Below, one piece after another: positions 47,765 to 57,069 of a DNA stretch of 64,000 nucleotides. Numbering within the stretch: the stretch's first letter is position 1; the number at the start of each line of letters is the position of its first letter. A model generated the notes under the pieces. It was not told where the DNA came from, did no database searches, and was given only the letters and a program-made list of their open reading frames with translations. The stretch covers positions 1 to 64,000 of IMG/VR virus record IMGVR_UViG_3300009103_000014; one strand, given 5' to 3'. The position numbers and the translations under genes are program-made. Source of the stretch: a virus (taxonomy: Duplodnaviria > Caudoviricetes).

Positions 47765-48004
47765 TTATAGTTTTTTATGTAATTGAGCAACTAACTTATC
47801 TTTGGTTAGTCGTCTATCAAGCTCGATACCAGCTTTTTGTCTTCCTAATTCTTCTAATTGAACTTTAGTTAATTTAGAAAGTTCTTTTTTAGTGAGCTTT
47901 TTTTCTGTTTTAACTTTAGGCGCCACTTTTTTTACTGGCTTTTTCTTTTCTTCTGTACCAAAGAATAGCTCAGTTAAAGTAGGCCAATTTTTAAACCAAC
48001 TCAT
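47765..48004 (-). CDS. Lys-rich protein with Rho-N/HeH-like motif
   Basis: LSKLTKVQLEELGRQKAGIELDRRLTKDKLVAQL. Confidence 0.7.
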   Translation of the reverse strand: MSWFKNWPTLTELFFGTEEKKKPVKKVAPKVKTEKKLTKKELSKLTKVQLEELGRQKAGIELDRRLTKDKLVAQLHKKL

Positions 48005-48141
48005 GATATTTTTTCTCCTTTAATAAATTTATTATTAAACCAATCTAGCATTACAGCTAGTCCCATAGGTATACCTATCAGTATATAAAATAATGCCATT
48101 CCTAAAAATAAAAATGGTATTAGTATTATTGCTTTAAGCAT
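48001..48141 (-). CDS. 46-aa membrane peptide
   Basis: Manually found: MLKAIILIPFLFLGMALFYILIGIPMGLAVMLDWFNNKFIKGEKIS; overlaps both neighbours. Confidence 0.65.
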   Translation of the reverse strand: MLKAIILIPFLFLGMALFYILIGIPMGLAVMLDWFNNKFIKGEKIS

Positions 48142-49573
48142 ACTCTAATTTACTCCTTCTTGTAACTCCCCATCCAAATAAAATAATTATAGCTAATACT
48201 AATATTAAGAAGATTGGTCTAGTAAGTAAACTATCTACTGTATAAAGTTTAGTTAGCTGTATTGTTAATGCTTCAACTCTATCAGCTAGAATAAATGCCA
48301 TTAACAAAGCAGGTCTACTAAACTTGTATTTCTTTGCTAGTACTCCTAACAAAGAACAAATACCAAGTATAGCATAATCTTCCCAACCACCTGTATATTG
48401 AACACAGGCCCAAACTATAAAAACTATTAGTACTGGGAAATAATATTTATAAGGAACGTAGGTGATGAGGGCTATATAACGGTTGAACAAAATACATACT
48501 ATTCCAACAATTACAGTTGCCCACATAAACCCAAATGTTAAACTGTCAAAAAATCTTGTATCACTAGCAAGATCAGGAACACCTAATTCAAAACCCAAAT
48601 ACATAAACAACGCCATTAACACCGCGGCAAAACTTGCCCCAGGAATTCCAAATAATACTGTTGGAATCATTGATGTTGCTTTTTGAGAATTATTAGCACC
48701 TTCAGGTCCTATAACTCCTCTAATATTTCCATTACCAAATTCTTCATTAGGATTTGATGCTACTGTTGAACCATATGCCATCCAATCTGCCATAGCACCG
48801 CCTATACCTGGAAGGAATCCTATAAAGGCTCCAATGGCTCCACCTCGTAAGGCATCCCATTTATATTTCCAAACTGCTTTAATACCTTCCCAAGTTTGTT
48901 TACTATGTGTATGGTCTCTTATTTTTGCTATTGATTTACCTTTCCGCCAGCCATCTAAAATTTCTGGGAAGGCAAACAAACCAGCAACAAATGGTAAAAG
49001 TTGAATACTATCTGCTAGATAATCCCAACCAAATGTAAACCTATCAACGTTAGTAGCTGGGTCTACTCCTATAAGTCCTATAAAAATTCCTACAGCGATT
49101 GCTATTAAACTTCTAAACCAAAATCTATTACTAACAAATCCTACACAGGCTAAACTTAACATTATAAAAGCCCAGAGTTCTGGTATTCCAAGATACATTA
49201 TAAGTTTCGCATACCATGGTAATAAAGCAAAAGTAAGTGTACCCCATAATAAACCGTTTATTGTTGATGTTGTAATTGCTGAAGTTAAGGCGTATGTGGC
49301 TTTACCTTGTTTTGCTAAAGGATAACCATCTACCATTGTAGCCGCGGCTGAATTGGCTCCTGGTATCCCTAATAATATTCCGCTGTATGTGTCGCCTGTT
49401 GTACTGGCGGCTACTACAGCCATACAAAATATTACGCCTAAATAAGGATCAAATCCAAAATAACCTATAAAGCCAAACAAAGCTACAAGTCCTGTTGTAG
49501 CTCCAGCCGCCGGTATTAATCCTATGATTAATCCGTAAAATGTTCCTGCTAATAATGTTAATATGGCATCCAT
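48134..49573 (-). CDS. tctA: Tripartite tricarboxylate transporter permease TctA
   Basis: ILLGIPG..AAATMVDGYPLAKQGKA, GFLPGIGG, GPEGANN, IPTVLFGIPG; many TM helices; TAAATA at 49607-49612. Confidence 0.92.
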   Translation of the reverse strand: MDAILTLLAGTFYGLIIGLIPAAGATTGLVALFGFIGYFGFDPYLGVIFCMAVVAASTTGDTYSGILLGIPGANSAAATMVDGYPLAKQGKATYALTSAITTSTINGLLWGTLTFALLPWYAKLIMYLGIPELWAFIMLSLACVGFVSNRFWFRSLIAIAVGIFIGLIGVDPATNVDRFTFGWDYLADSIQLLPFVAGLFAFPEILDGWRKGKSIAKIRDHTHSKQTWEGIKAVWKYKWDALRGGAIGAFIGFLPGIGGAMADWMAYGSTVASNPNEEFGNGNIRGVIGPEGANNSQKATSMIPTVLFGIPGASFAAVLMALFMYLGFELGVPDLASDTRFFDSLTFGFMWATVIVGIVCILFNRYIALITYVPYKYYFPVLIVFIVWACVQYTGGWEDYAILGICSLLGVLAKKYKFSRPALLMAFILADRVEALTIQLTKLYTVDSLLTRPIFLILVLAIIILFGWGVTRRSKLEYA

Positions 49574-49642
49574 GTGAATTCTTTATGTTAATACGTTACT
49601 ATTAATTATTTAGAAAATGTATGCCCTTGATTATTACTGAGC

Positions 49643-50131
49643 CTATTCTTCTTTTTGATGTTTTCCTAGTATCTCAATAATTTCCCAACTACCATCAGCA
49701 TAATGATGTATTTGAGCATCAACCAGATCACACATAAATTGTAAACTCTCGCCTTCTATTTTATAAGTGATGCCATTGATTTCTATAGAATCAGTTGAGG
49801 CTTGTTTGTTGCGCCATTTCTTTTCAACTTCTCTTTTAGTTTTTAAACAATCACTCATGCTGTCAGCACCTTTGTGATCTACTAATGTTCCATCAGCAAA
49901 TACACATACGGCAAAAACAACTTCTGGATCTGGTGCTGTTGATTGCTCTAGTTTTTCTTCATGCTTGTGATCATGAAAAATACCTATAACATGATCATGG
50001 TCTTGACTTGATTCGTGAGTATGGTTTGGATCTTCTATACATACTCCGTGGCCTTCTTCGCCACAGCCTGTACAAGCGGCATATACGTTAAATGTAAACA
50101 ATAGCGTAAATAAAAATATTAAATATCTCAT
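49643..50131 (-). CDS. Secreted Cys/His-rich protein
   Basis: Signal peptide, CTGC, His-rich stretch, DSMSDCLKTKRE motif. Confidence 0.7.
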   Translation of the reverse strand: MRYLIFLFTLLFTFNVYAACTGCGEEGHGVCIEDPNHTHESSQDHDHVIGIFHDHKHEEKLEQSTAPDPEVVFAVCVFADGTLVDHKGADSMSDCLKTKREVEKKWRNKQASTDSIEINGITYKIEGESLQFMCDLVDAQIHHYADGSWEIIEILGKHQKEE

Positions 50132-50140
50132 TTTGTTCTC

Positions 50141-51190
50141 CTATCTAAAAGGTGGAACATATAATATACCACCATTGTTCCATAAATTATTTAATCCTCT
50201 GTCTATAGCAAGAGGTGTGTTTGGTCCTACGTTTCTTTCGTAAGATTCTCCGTAGTTTCCTACTTGTTTAATAATATTATATCCAAATTTCATTCCAAGT
50301 CCTAACATAGGACCCATATACCCATCTTCACCTAAAAGTCTTAAAACTTCTTTTGATTTAGATGTTAACATTTCGTCAACGTTGTCAGATGTGATTCCTA
50401 ATTCTTCAGCACTAATCATAGCAAACATACTCCATCTAACTATATCTTCCCATTCTTGATCACCTTGTCTTACAAGTGGACCTAAAGGTTCTTTAGATAT
50501 AATTTCTGGTAACACAACCCAATCGCTTGGATTATCTGCTCCAGCTCTTGCTGATGCTAACCCAGAAGCGTCTGTTGTAAATACATCACATTCGCCAGCA
50601 AATAATTTTGCCTTAGCGTCTTTATTACCTTCAACTGGTATTTCTTTATATTGCATACCATTCTCTGTGAAGTAATCATTTAAGTTTAGTTCTGACGTTG
50701 TTTCTTTTGTAATACAAACAAAAGCACCGTTTAATTGTGTAGCACTTGTAATCTCTAATGACGCTGGCACCATAAAGCCTTGACCATCATAAAAATTAAC
50801 ACCAGCAAATTCAAACATTAAATTAACATCTCTGCTAATTGTCCATGTAGTATTTCTTGCTAGTAAATCAATCTCTCTAGATGCTAATGTAGGAAATCTC
50901 TGAGCGGCATTTAAACCAACATATTCTGTTTTAGTAGCATCTCCAAATATTGCGGCCGCAACTGCTCTACACATATCAACATCTAAACCACTCCAATTAC
51001 CTTCTTCATCTTGAGCAGAAAAACCAGGTAGTCCTGCGTTAACTCCGCAGATAACATATCCTCGTTCTTTTACAGTTTTTAATAAGCTAATTTGTTCTGG
51101 TTGGTATACTTGTATTTTATCTGGTGTGCTACATCCTATTAGTAAACTACTTAATAATAATGTAGCAATAGTCATTAATAATTTTTTCAT
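50141..51190 (-). CDS. aapJ: General L-amino acid ABC transporter substrate-binding lipoprotein (AapJ/BztA-like)
   Basis: Lipobox LIGC; CGVNAGLPGFS, RNTTWTISRD, FYDGQGFMV, IISKEPLGP, VGNYGESYERN, LWNNGGILYVPPFR. Confidence 0.92.
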   Translation of the reverse strand: MKKLLMTIATLLLSSLLIGCSTPDKIQVYQPEQISLLKTVKERGYVICGVNAGLPGFSAQDEEGNWSGLDVDMCRAVAAAIFGDATKTEYVGLNAAQRFPTLASREIDLLARNTTWTISRDVNLMFEFAGVNFYDGQGFMVPASLEITSATQLNGAFVCITKETTSELNLNDYFTENGMQYKEIPVEGNKDAKAKLFAGECDVFTTDASGLASARAGADNPSDWVVLPEIISKEPLGPLVRQGDQEWEDIVRWSMFAMISAEELGITSDNVDEMLTSKSKEVLRLLGEDGYMGPMLGLGMKFGYNIIKQVGNYGESYERNVGPNTPLAIDRGLNNLWNNGGILYVPPFR

Positions 51191-51199
51191 TGATACTTC

Positions 51200-51511
51200 C
51201 TATGGCTTTGTTAATACTTTTAATCCGGACTTTTCCTGTTTTTTCTTAGTTGTTAATGACGTAGCGTTTGTACCACCTAATTTTAAACTACCAGAAGTAT
51301 CTGGCATTTTATTATGAATAGTAACTATATTACCGTCGGCATCTAGTTCTGCCATTGATGGTCCACAAATTGCTTTTCGACCATCTTTTGCTTTTGTTAT
51401 TTCTCTTTTGTCTTTCATACATTCCATTAAACTGTCATAAGGAACAAAATGACTCGATGTATTACTTACAATAAACATAGTAATAATTGTTACGAGTGTT
51501 GTTGCTGTCAT
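51200..51511 (-). CDS. Exported small Cys protein
   Basis: Hydrophobic N-terminus; DSLMECMKDKRE motif shared with 49643..50131. Confidence 0.65.
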   Translation of the reverse strand: MTATTLVTIITMFIVSNTSSHFVPYDSLMECMKDKREITKAKDGRKAICGPSMAELDADGNIVTIHNKMPDTSGSLKLGGTNATSLTTKKKQEKSGLKVLTKP

Positions 51512-51520
51512 TTTCTTATC

Positions 51521-51985
51521 CTAGTTGTTGGAACTAACGTGACCGTTACCTTCTCTAATTTTGTCTTTTAATTTTTCTATATCTTGTAAGACTTTTTCCA
51601 TGTCAGTTTGTAACCTCTCGATATTTACTTTATTATTCATCATACCTTCGAGTTGTTTTTGTATAGACTCTACTTGTCCGCTCAAAAATTCAATCAACAT
51701 GAATTGCTCACTATCAGCCGGTGGAGAACCTAAATCTCCCCTTGGCCATTTTATTCTAAATTCATTATTTTGGGCTATATCGCCTTTTACTAAACTTTCA
51801 ACAGCACCATCGATTCTTTCTACTTCAGATTTAATATCTTCTTGTATTAGAATAATTTGTGTTTCAGATTTGTTTAGTCTTTCAACTATACCAAAATATG
51901 CCCACACACCTAATCCTACAGCAATGACTATAGAAATTAAATTCCGCATTGGCATCGCTACAGATGTGTCGCTCGATACTTTCAT
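51521..51985 (-). CDS. N-terminal TM, coiled-coil protein
   Basis: MPMRNLISIVIAVGLGVWAYFGI TM segment followed by a long coiled coil. Confidence 0.7.
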   Translation of the reverse strand: MKVSSDTSVAMPMRNLISIVIAVGLGVWAYFGIVERLNKSETQIILIQEDIKSEVERIDGAVESLVKGDIAQNNEFRIKWPRGDLGSPPADSEQFMLIEFLSGQVESIQKQLEGMMNNKVNIERLQTDMEKVLQDIEKLKDKIREGNGHVSSNN

Positions 51986-52002
51986 TACTACTTCCTCTCG
52001 AA

Positions 52003-54222
52003 TTAACTGTTTCTTTTATGTATTGACCTCGGTGTTGTTTGATGTTCACTAGTTTTAGGTCTTAATGCTTTATTAGATGACATAACACCTGCTAACTTTT
52101 TCATATGATTTAAAGATTCATCTGTGTCTTCTTCATCTTCTAATTCATCTTCTACTTTATCAGCAAGTTCATCCGCCATTGCTTTTTTAAGAACTTCTTC
52201 TGGGTTTTTTGATTCATTAATATCTACACCAAAAGGAGCATCACCAAAGAAATCTTCTAGTCTGCTTTGAACAATGTATCTAACGTCAAGTACATCTCCG
52301 CCATCTTCTGCTTCACCTAGGCTATCTAATAACTCATCATCAAATACAAAACCAGTTACCATGTTAGTTGTTTCTTCGCCTGGTGGACGAGGTTTAGACA
52401 TAAACTCTTTGTATCTCGCTACAGCGTCTTCATGTTCGCCTTCTGGTTGACCATCATATTTCATTAGTCCGCCAATCATAGTGCCTTCAGCAACTTTTTT
52501 TGCTTCAATTTCTTCAACTGCCGCCTCTGCCTCAATTGGTAATTCTTTTGTTTCACCAACAACGCCTACCATTTTATTTAAAATTTCATTATGTGGTTCT
52601 TCAAAGCCAGCCTTCGCGGCTTTTTTCAACCAAGCTATAATTGTAGGACGGGTATCTTCTTGTTCGCCTTGGTCTTTCCCAACAGCATATAGATCATCAA
52701 ATAATTGATCATCACCAAATATTTCACCAATTTCATCTGTTGCGGCTTGACCTTCTTCACCTGCGAAAACAGGTGTTGACATAATTTCTTTAAACCTTGC
52801 TACGTCTTGATCACTTGATGGTAAATGCCATGTTCCTTCTTTTACAACTGAATCTGTCCATTTTTGAAATTCATCAACAGGTTCTTTAAGTTTAAATTTA
52901 GGATCGAAGTCTTGTACTTCTACATCACCTTTAAGCCATTTACTAGCAACTGCTGTCATTAATTTAGCATCATGCTTATTTTCAAAACTATCATCTAAAT
53001 TAAAAATAGCTCTTGCTAAATCATCATTTTTTGTACGAACTGATATTGTAGTTAAAATTCTTCTTACTAAAGCCTGTAAAGGATTCTCAGCATGATCTAA
53101 ACCTTGTGAATCGTTTGGCTTTTTAAACTTATTAGCTTTAACAAAGGCAAGTTGCTTTTTAATTAAAGCATCTTCTTCTTCATTAGGCGTAACAACAATT
53201 TTTTCTTTGCCTTGAATTATATCATGTAATGGTCCCATATCTTCTTGTACTTTCTTTCTTGCTTTAAGTACTGTAGGTAATAAACTTTCTAATTCTGTTT
53301 GATCAACATTTCTTACTAACTTACCTTTTAATTCATTAATGTCTGATTCATCATATGTTGATTCTGTTGGTTTAAAGTTTTCAGCATACAATCTATATCC
53401 TTTTGGTCTACTAAGAGTTGTTATTGTTTCTCGTAAACCTTGATAACGTTTTTTAGCATCTAAAATAATATTAGCAGAATCTTCATCAACAAACCCGTCA
53501 GCACGGTTTAATTTGCGAACAAACTGTTTTAGCTCACGCATCTCTTTTATACATTCAATAATGTGTGTTCCTAATTCATCATGTGGATTGCCTCCAGCGT
53601 TGATGTGTCTTGCCATTGCTCTAGCACCTGGTAAGTACCTGTAAGGAAATTTAAATCTTTCTTTTGAACTATTTTCAATAAAGATTGCTTGTATTTGTCT
53701 ACTTCTAGAACCCATTTTATCTTCATCTACTGCGGTTCTATGTTTTACTATAATTTTTGCTGATTCAACTGTTTGGTAACTTGTTTTAGTTGATCCCCAT
53801 AATTTGCTGACTGATTCCATGGTTATCTCATCCGTTGTGTATTGAGAACTATTTTTAGTAATAGCCTCATAATCTCGTTTATCTAACTGATTTTTACCAA
53901 TGTTTCTTACATCAAAATTCATCATATTTCTTTTAGCAAATTGTCTCATTTCTTTTAAAAATTTAAACCAACTATTTTGTATTGAGTCGGGTAAATCACC
54001 ACTTAAACTTTCAGCAAAATAAATTGTAAAATTAGCTGGGTCAATAATACTAATTGTTACAGGTCCGTACTTTTGTCCCTCGACAATGTAGTTAAAGTCA
54101 AATAATCTAGCTTGTTCTGACTCTAATACAGCACCTGCTGAACTATCAGCTATGTTTACTTCGCCGAATTTACTGGCTAAATTTTGATATAATGTATCAG
54201 CAATCTTATTAATCAGTTCCAT
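52003..54222 (-). CDS. Large virion head/core-associated protein
   Basis: Directly downstream of terL; acidic C-terminal half with VKE/INE/VAE motifs and MKKLAGV; TAAATA 5 nt before the ATG. Confidence 0.65.
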   Translation of the reverse strand: MELINKIADTLYQNLASKFGEVNIADSSAGAVLESEQARLFDFNYIVEGQKYGPVTISIIDPANFTIYFAESLSGDLPDSIQNSWFKFLKEMRQFAKRNMMNFDVRNIGKNQLDKRDYEAITKNSSQYTTDEITMESVSKLWGSTKTSYQTVESAKIIVKHRTAVDEDKMGSRSRQIQAIFIENSSKERFKFPYRYLPGARAMARHINAGGNPHDELGTHIIECIKEMRELKQFVRKLNRADGFVDEDSANIILDAKKRYQGLRETITTLSRPKGYRLYAENFKPTESTYDESDINELKGKLVRNVDQTELESLLPTVLKARKKVQEDMGPLHDIIQGKEKIVVTPNEEEDALIKKQLAFVKANKFKKPNDSQGLDHAENPLQALVRRILTTISVRTKNDDLARAIFNLDDSFENKHDAKLMTAVASKWLKGDVEVQDFDPKFKLKEPVDEFQKWTDSVVKEGTWHLPSSDQDVARFKEIMSTPVFAGEEGQAATDEIGEIFGDDQLFDDLYAVGKDQGEQEDTRPTIIAWLKKAAKAGFEEPHNEILNKMVGVVGETKELPIEAEAAVEEIEAKKVAEGTMIGGLMKYDGQPEGEHEDAVARYKEFMSKPRPPGEETTNMVTGFVFDDELLDSLGEAEDGGDVLDVRYIVQSRLEDFFGDAPFGVDINESKNPEEVLKKAMADELADKVEDELEDEEDTDESLNHMKKLAGVMSSNKALRPKTSEHQTTPRSIHKRNS

Positions 54223-54237
54223 ATTTTTATTTATCCA

Positions 54238-55809
54238 TTATATAACTACAAAAGGCATTGGCTCAATAAAGTCATCTTCACTTGATCTCATATCTTTTTG
54301 TATACTAGGGTCGTATGTTCCTAAAAATACAGCAATTCTCAAAGCCAAAACAAGAGCCATAACTAAATCGTCATGTTCTCCTGGCTTACTTTGGTAGCTA
54401 TTACCACTCGCTACAAATGTTTTTAACTGTGATATAAGAGGTTTACTATGAACTACTAGCTTTTGATTTTCTACTAGTTCTTTTAACTTGGCACAAGAAG
54501 CCAATTTACTTTTATGTGTTGTATTAAATCCTTTTCTAAAGCGTCTAACGTGACCGCTTCTAGCAGGTTCACTCATAAAATATCCATGGATTGCTTCTTC
54601 GCCTACTTCTGCTATAGAAACTAGGGCCGCCTCTCCTAGCGTATTGTTTTCTACGCTGTAATAGATATTATTATTATCATTTGTAATGCCATAGATATAT
54701 TTTGTAATCTGTTTTAAAATAGTTATTTGTTCTTGTATTGTTGTTTTATTATGTTGCCATTCAGCACATTGTTTCATACCTGGTAATTCAAATACTTGAA
54801 TAGCACTATAGTCACCACCTGTACCTAAACTTGGATCTAATCCAAGCACATACGTCATTCCTTTTCTAGGTTTATGATACCAACGTACTTGTCCTTGTTT
54901 ATATAAAGGTTCATGTCCTTCTAAACTTGCTAATATAATTGGGTTGATTAGCGTCTCGTCAAATATGATAGGCTCACATTCGTGTTCACGTTTGAACCTT
55001 TCAATTCCTATTCTTCCTCGCTCATCTTCAGCCCATTTTTTATCTCTATCAGGATGTTCATCCCATAAAGCCTTAAAGGCATGGAACCCGTTAACACCAA
55101 CTTCATTAGCATTACCAAAGTTATCTAAAATTTTATTTGCTTCAGTCCATAATAACCAAAACTGGTCTTCGTCTGAATTTGGTGTAGAAGTAATAATCGC
55201 TTTACCACCTGTTGCTAGTGTAGGTGAAATAGAAGTCCAAAATTCTGTTGCTATGTTATTTCGCACAAAGGCAAACTCATCACAATATAATAATGTAATG
55301 GACATACCTCTTCCTGTATTTTCTGTAGTCGCTTGTGATACAATTCTACTACCGTTCTCAAATTCAATTGATCCTCTATTGTAATTTGTAACACCTGCCC
55401 TAATATAATCAGGACAAAGTTCATATCCATATCTAATACGTTGCATAATTTCTTGGGCGCCAGCGTATTTGTGTGCCGCAATTAATATTACACTATCGGG
55501 AATAAACATAGCATACCATAATAAGTATCCAGCCGCTGTTGTAGTTTTACCCATTTGGCGACTTAACAAGTTTATACTAAATCTATTTTTATGGTAACTA
55601 TCTGTTAATAATTCTTGGAATGGGTACGGTTTATATAACAACTTTCCATCAACAGGATGTTGTATATGGAAATAATTTTCAAGAAAATGCTTTGGACCAC
55701 CAACAGGGTCGGCACAAGCCACAAAACTGTCAATTTGTTCTTTAGTAAACTGTTGACCTTTGTTAGCTTTTTTAACTAAAACACCATCTAAAGTTTTATT
55801 ACTGCTCAT
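54238..55809 (-). CDS. terL: Terminase large subunit (T4 gp17-like)
   Basis: SRQMGKTT, YCDEFAF, ITSTPN, GLDPSLGTGGDYS, HDDLVMA. Confidence 0.96.
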   Translation of the reverse strand: MSSNKTLDGVLVKKANKGQQFTKEQIDSFVACADPVGGPKHFLENYFHIQHPVDGKLLYKPYPFQELLTDSYHKNRFSINLLSRQMGKTTTAAGYLLWYAMFIPDSVILIAAHKYAGAQEIMQRIRYGYELCPDYIRAGVTNYNRGSIEFENGSRIVSQATTENTGRGMSITLLYCDEFAFVRNNIATEFWTSISPTLATGGKAIITSTPNSDEDQFWLLWTEANKILDNFGNANEVGVNGFHAFKALWDEHPDRDKKWAEDERGRIGIERFKREHECEPIIFDETLINPIILASLEGHEPLYKQGQVRWYHKPRKGMTYVLGLDPSLGTGGDYSAIQVFELPGMKQCAEWQHNKTTIQEQITILKQITKYIYGITNDNNNIYYSVENNTLGEAALVSIAEVGEEAIHGYFMSEPARSGHVRRFRKGFNTTHKSKLASCAKLKELVENQKLVVHSKPLISQLKTFVASGNSYQSKPGEHDDLVMALVLALRIAVFLGTYDPSIQKDMRSSEDDFIEPMPFVVI

Positions 55810-55824
55810 ATACTGTATTTACTC

Positions 55825-55863
55825 AAAAAAAAGCCAGCTATATTACAAGCTGGCCATTTTTTT
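55825..55863. terminator. Bidirectional-type terminator
   Basis: A8-GCCAGCT...AGCTGGC followed by a T-run. Confidence 0.75.
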
Positions 55864-55889
55864 ATCTTATTATATGCTTTAAAAAGCTA

Positions 55890-56489
55890 TTATTCCATAT
55901 CGTCGTATGATTTCTTTAATTTCATAACTATTCTGTTATGACCATCATTACCTACTGTTGGCATAGCTTTTGGTCTATTAATTCCACCTGATAATTTGTT
56001 TAATTGTGTATCAGCATCAGCATATTGCTCATCTGGTGAGTTAGAATATTCGTCAACTGGTTCAGCACCATCTTGTGGCTGATTAATATCAGCATCTGTA
56101 ACAGGTTTTAGTCCTGCTAAATTTAGAAGTGTTGATAAAGTAGTTGTATCCATAGAAACCATTTCAGGTTGTTCTGTTACTTCTTCTTCAGCTACTTCTT
56201 CTTCAGCAACTGGTTTGTCTTTAACGACAGCAATAACAGGTGTTTCTTCTACTTTAACTATATCTTCAGAAACTTCTTCTTTAGTTTCTTCAACTGCTTC
56301 TTCTTTTGCTTCATCAGTAGTTTCATCAGCTTCTTCGACTGCTGAGTCATTGTCTGTTTCTTCTACTTCTTTAATTGTTTTTTTAAATTCTGATTCTTCT
56401 TTTGCTTCGTTTTTAGCGTACTCTTCTTCCTGAATTTCTCTAAAAAGACCAGCAACTTTATGTAAATCAATTAATTTATTGTCTTCCAT
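55890..56489 (-). CDS. Highly acidic putative prohead core protein
   Basis: Glu-rich with many VEE/VSE/VAE motifs; LLNLAGL. Confidence 0.6.
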   Translation of the reverse strand: MEDNKLIDLHKVAGLFREIQEEEYAKNEAKEESEFKKTIKEVEETDNDSAVEEADETTDEAKEEAVEETKEEVSEDIVKVEETPVIAVVKDKPVAEEEVAEEEVTEQPEMVSMDTTTLSTLLNLAGLKPVTDADINQPQDGAEPVDEYSNSPDEQYADADTQLNKLSGGINRPKAMPTVGNDGHNRIVMKLKKSYDDME

Positions 56490-56491
56490 AA

Positions 56492-57046
56492 TTATCTCCC
56501 TGCCACCGGTGATTTTGTACCTTGTGGCAAATCACTAGTTGTTTTAGCTTTTTCTGTTGTACCGCCAGCAATTTCAATTTCAGGTGTTTCTTTTACATTA
56601 TTTAATTCTCTAATGAAACCTAATTTTGCTTCTGCTGGTGCTTCACCCGAAGCGTAATCGTTTCCAAGTTTTGTTTCATATTCTTGTCCTTGTGTTGCTA
56701 CTGCTTCTTCTCTAGCAATTTCTTCCGGGTGTTCGCTATTAATAACAACAACTTGGTTTCCAGGAATTCCTGCTAAATTTACTAAATCAGCATGAACAAC
56801 TTGAGGTGTACTTGGATATGTTAATGTAATTTCAAAAATTGTTACCTTGCTATTGCGAAGGTTTTGAAAGTCCATTGGGTGTTCTTGAATTGGCGTTACT
56901 TTAGGAGCCGTGATATCTTTAACATCATACTTGCCTAGAACCCTTTCAATTAGGTCCATCAAATCAGGTTCAGCTTCTATTGCCAGTTTAACCTTAAATT
57001 TATATTCTTTTATTGACTCTGTCAAGTATTCGTTAAATGACTTCAT
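56492..57046 (-). CDS. Putative internal head protein with T4 CTS-like N-terminus
   Basis: MKSFNEYLTES; start re-called using the GGAG RBS; TAAATA at 57071-57076. Confidence 0.7.
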   Translation of the reverse strand: MKSFNEYLTESIKEYKFKVKLAIEAEPDLMDLIERVLGKYDVKDITAPKVTPIQEHPMDFQNLRNSKVTIFEITLTYPSTPQVVHADLVNLAGIPGNQVVVINSEHPEEIAREEAVATQGQEYETKLGNDYASGEAPAEAKLGFIRELNNVKETPEIEIAGGTTEKAKTTSDLPQGTKSPVAGR

Positions 57047-57069
57047 TTCAATCTCCATTTGTATTATAA

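Noticed and set aside
46611-51190. Host chromosomal DNA or a chimeric join at the transporter genes
   Set aside because: The genes are co-oriented, tightly packed with phage-type ORFs, preceded by TAAATA and flanked by gp32 and terL; no obvious compositional break.
51561-52052. 163-aa plus-strand ORF and similar antisense ORFs (e.g. 54944..55384, 57059..57604, 58597..58947)
   Set aside because: Ser/Ile/Phe-rich mirror frames of well-supported minus-strand genes, with no recognisable motifs.
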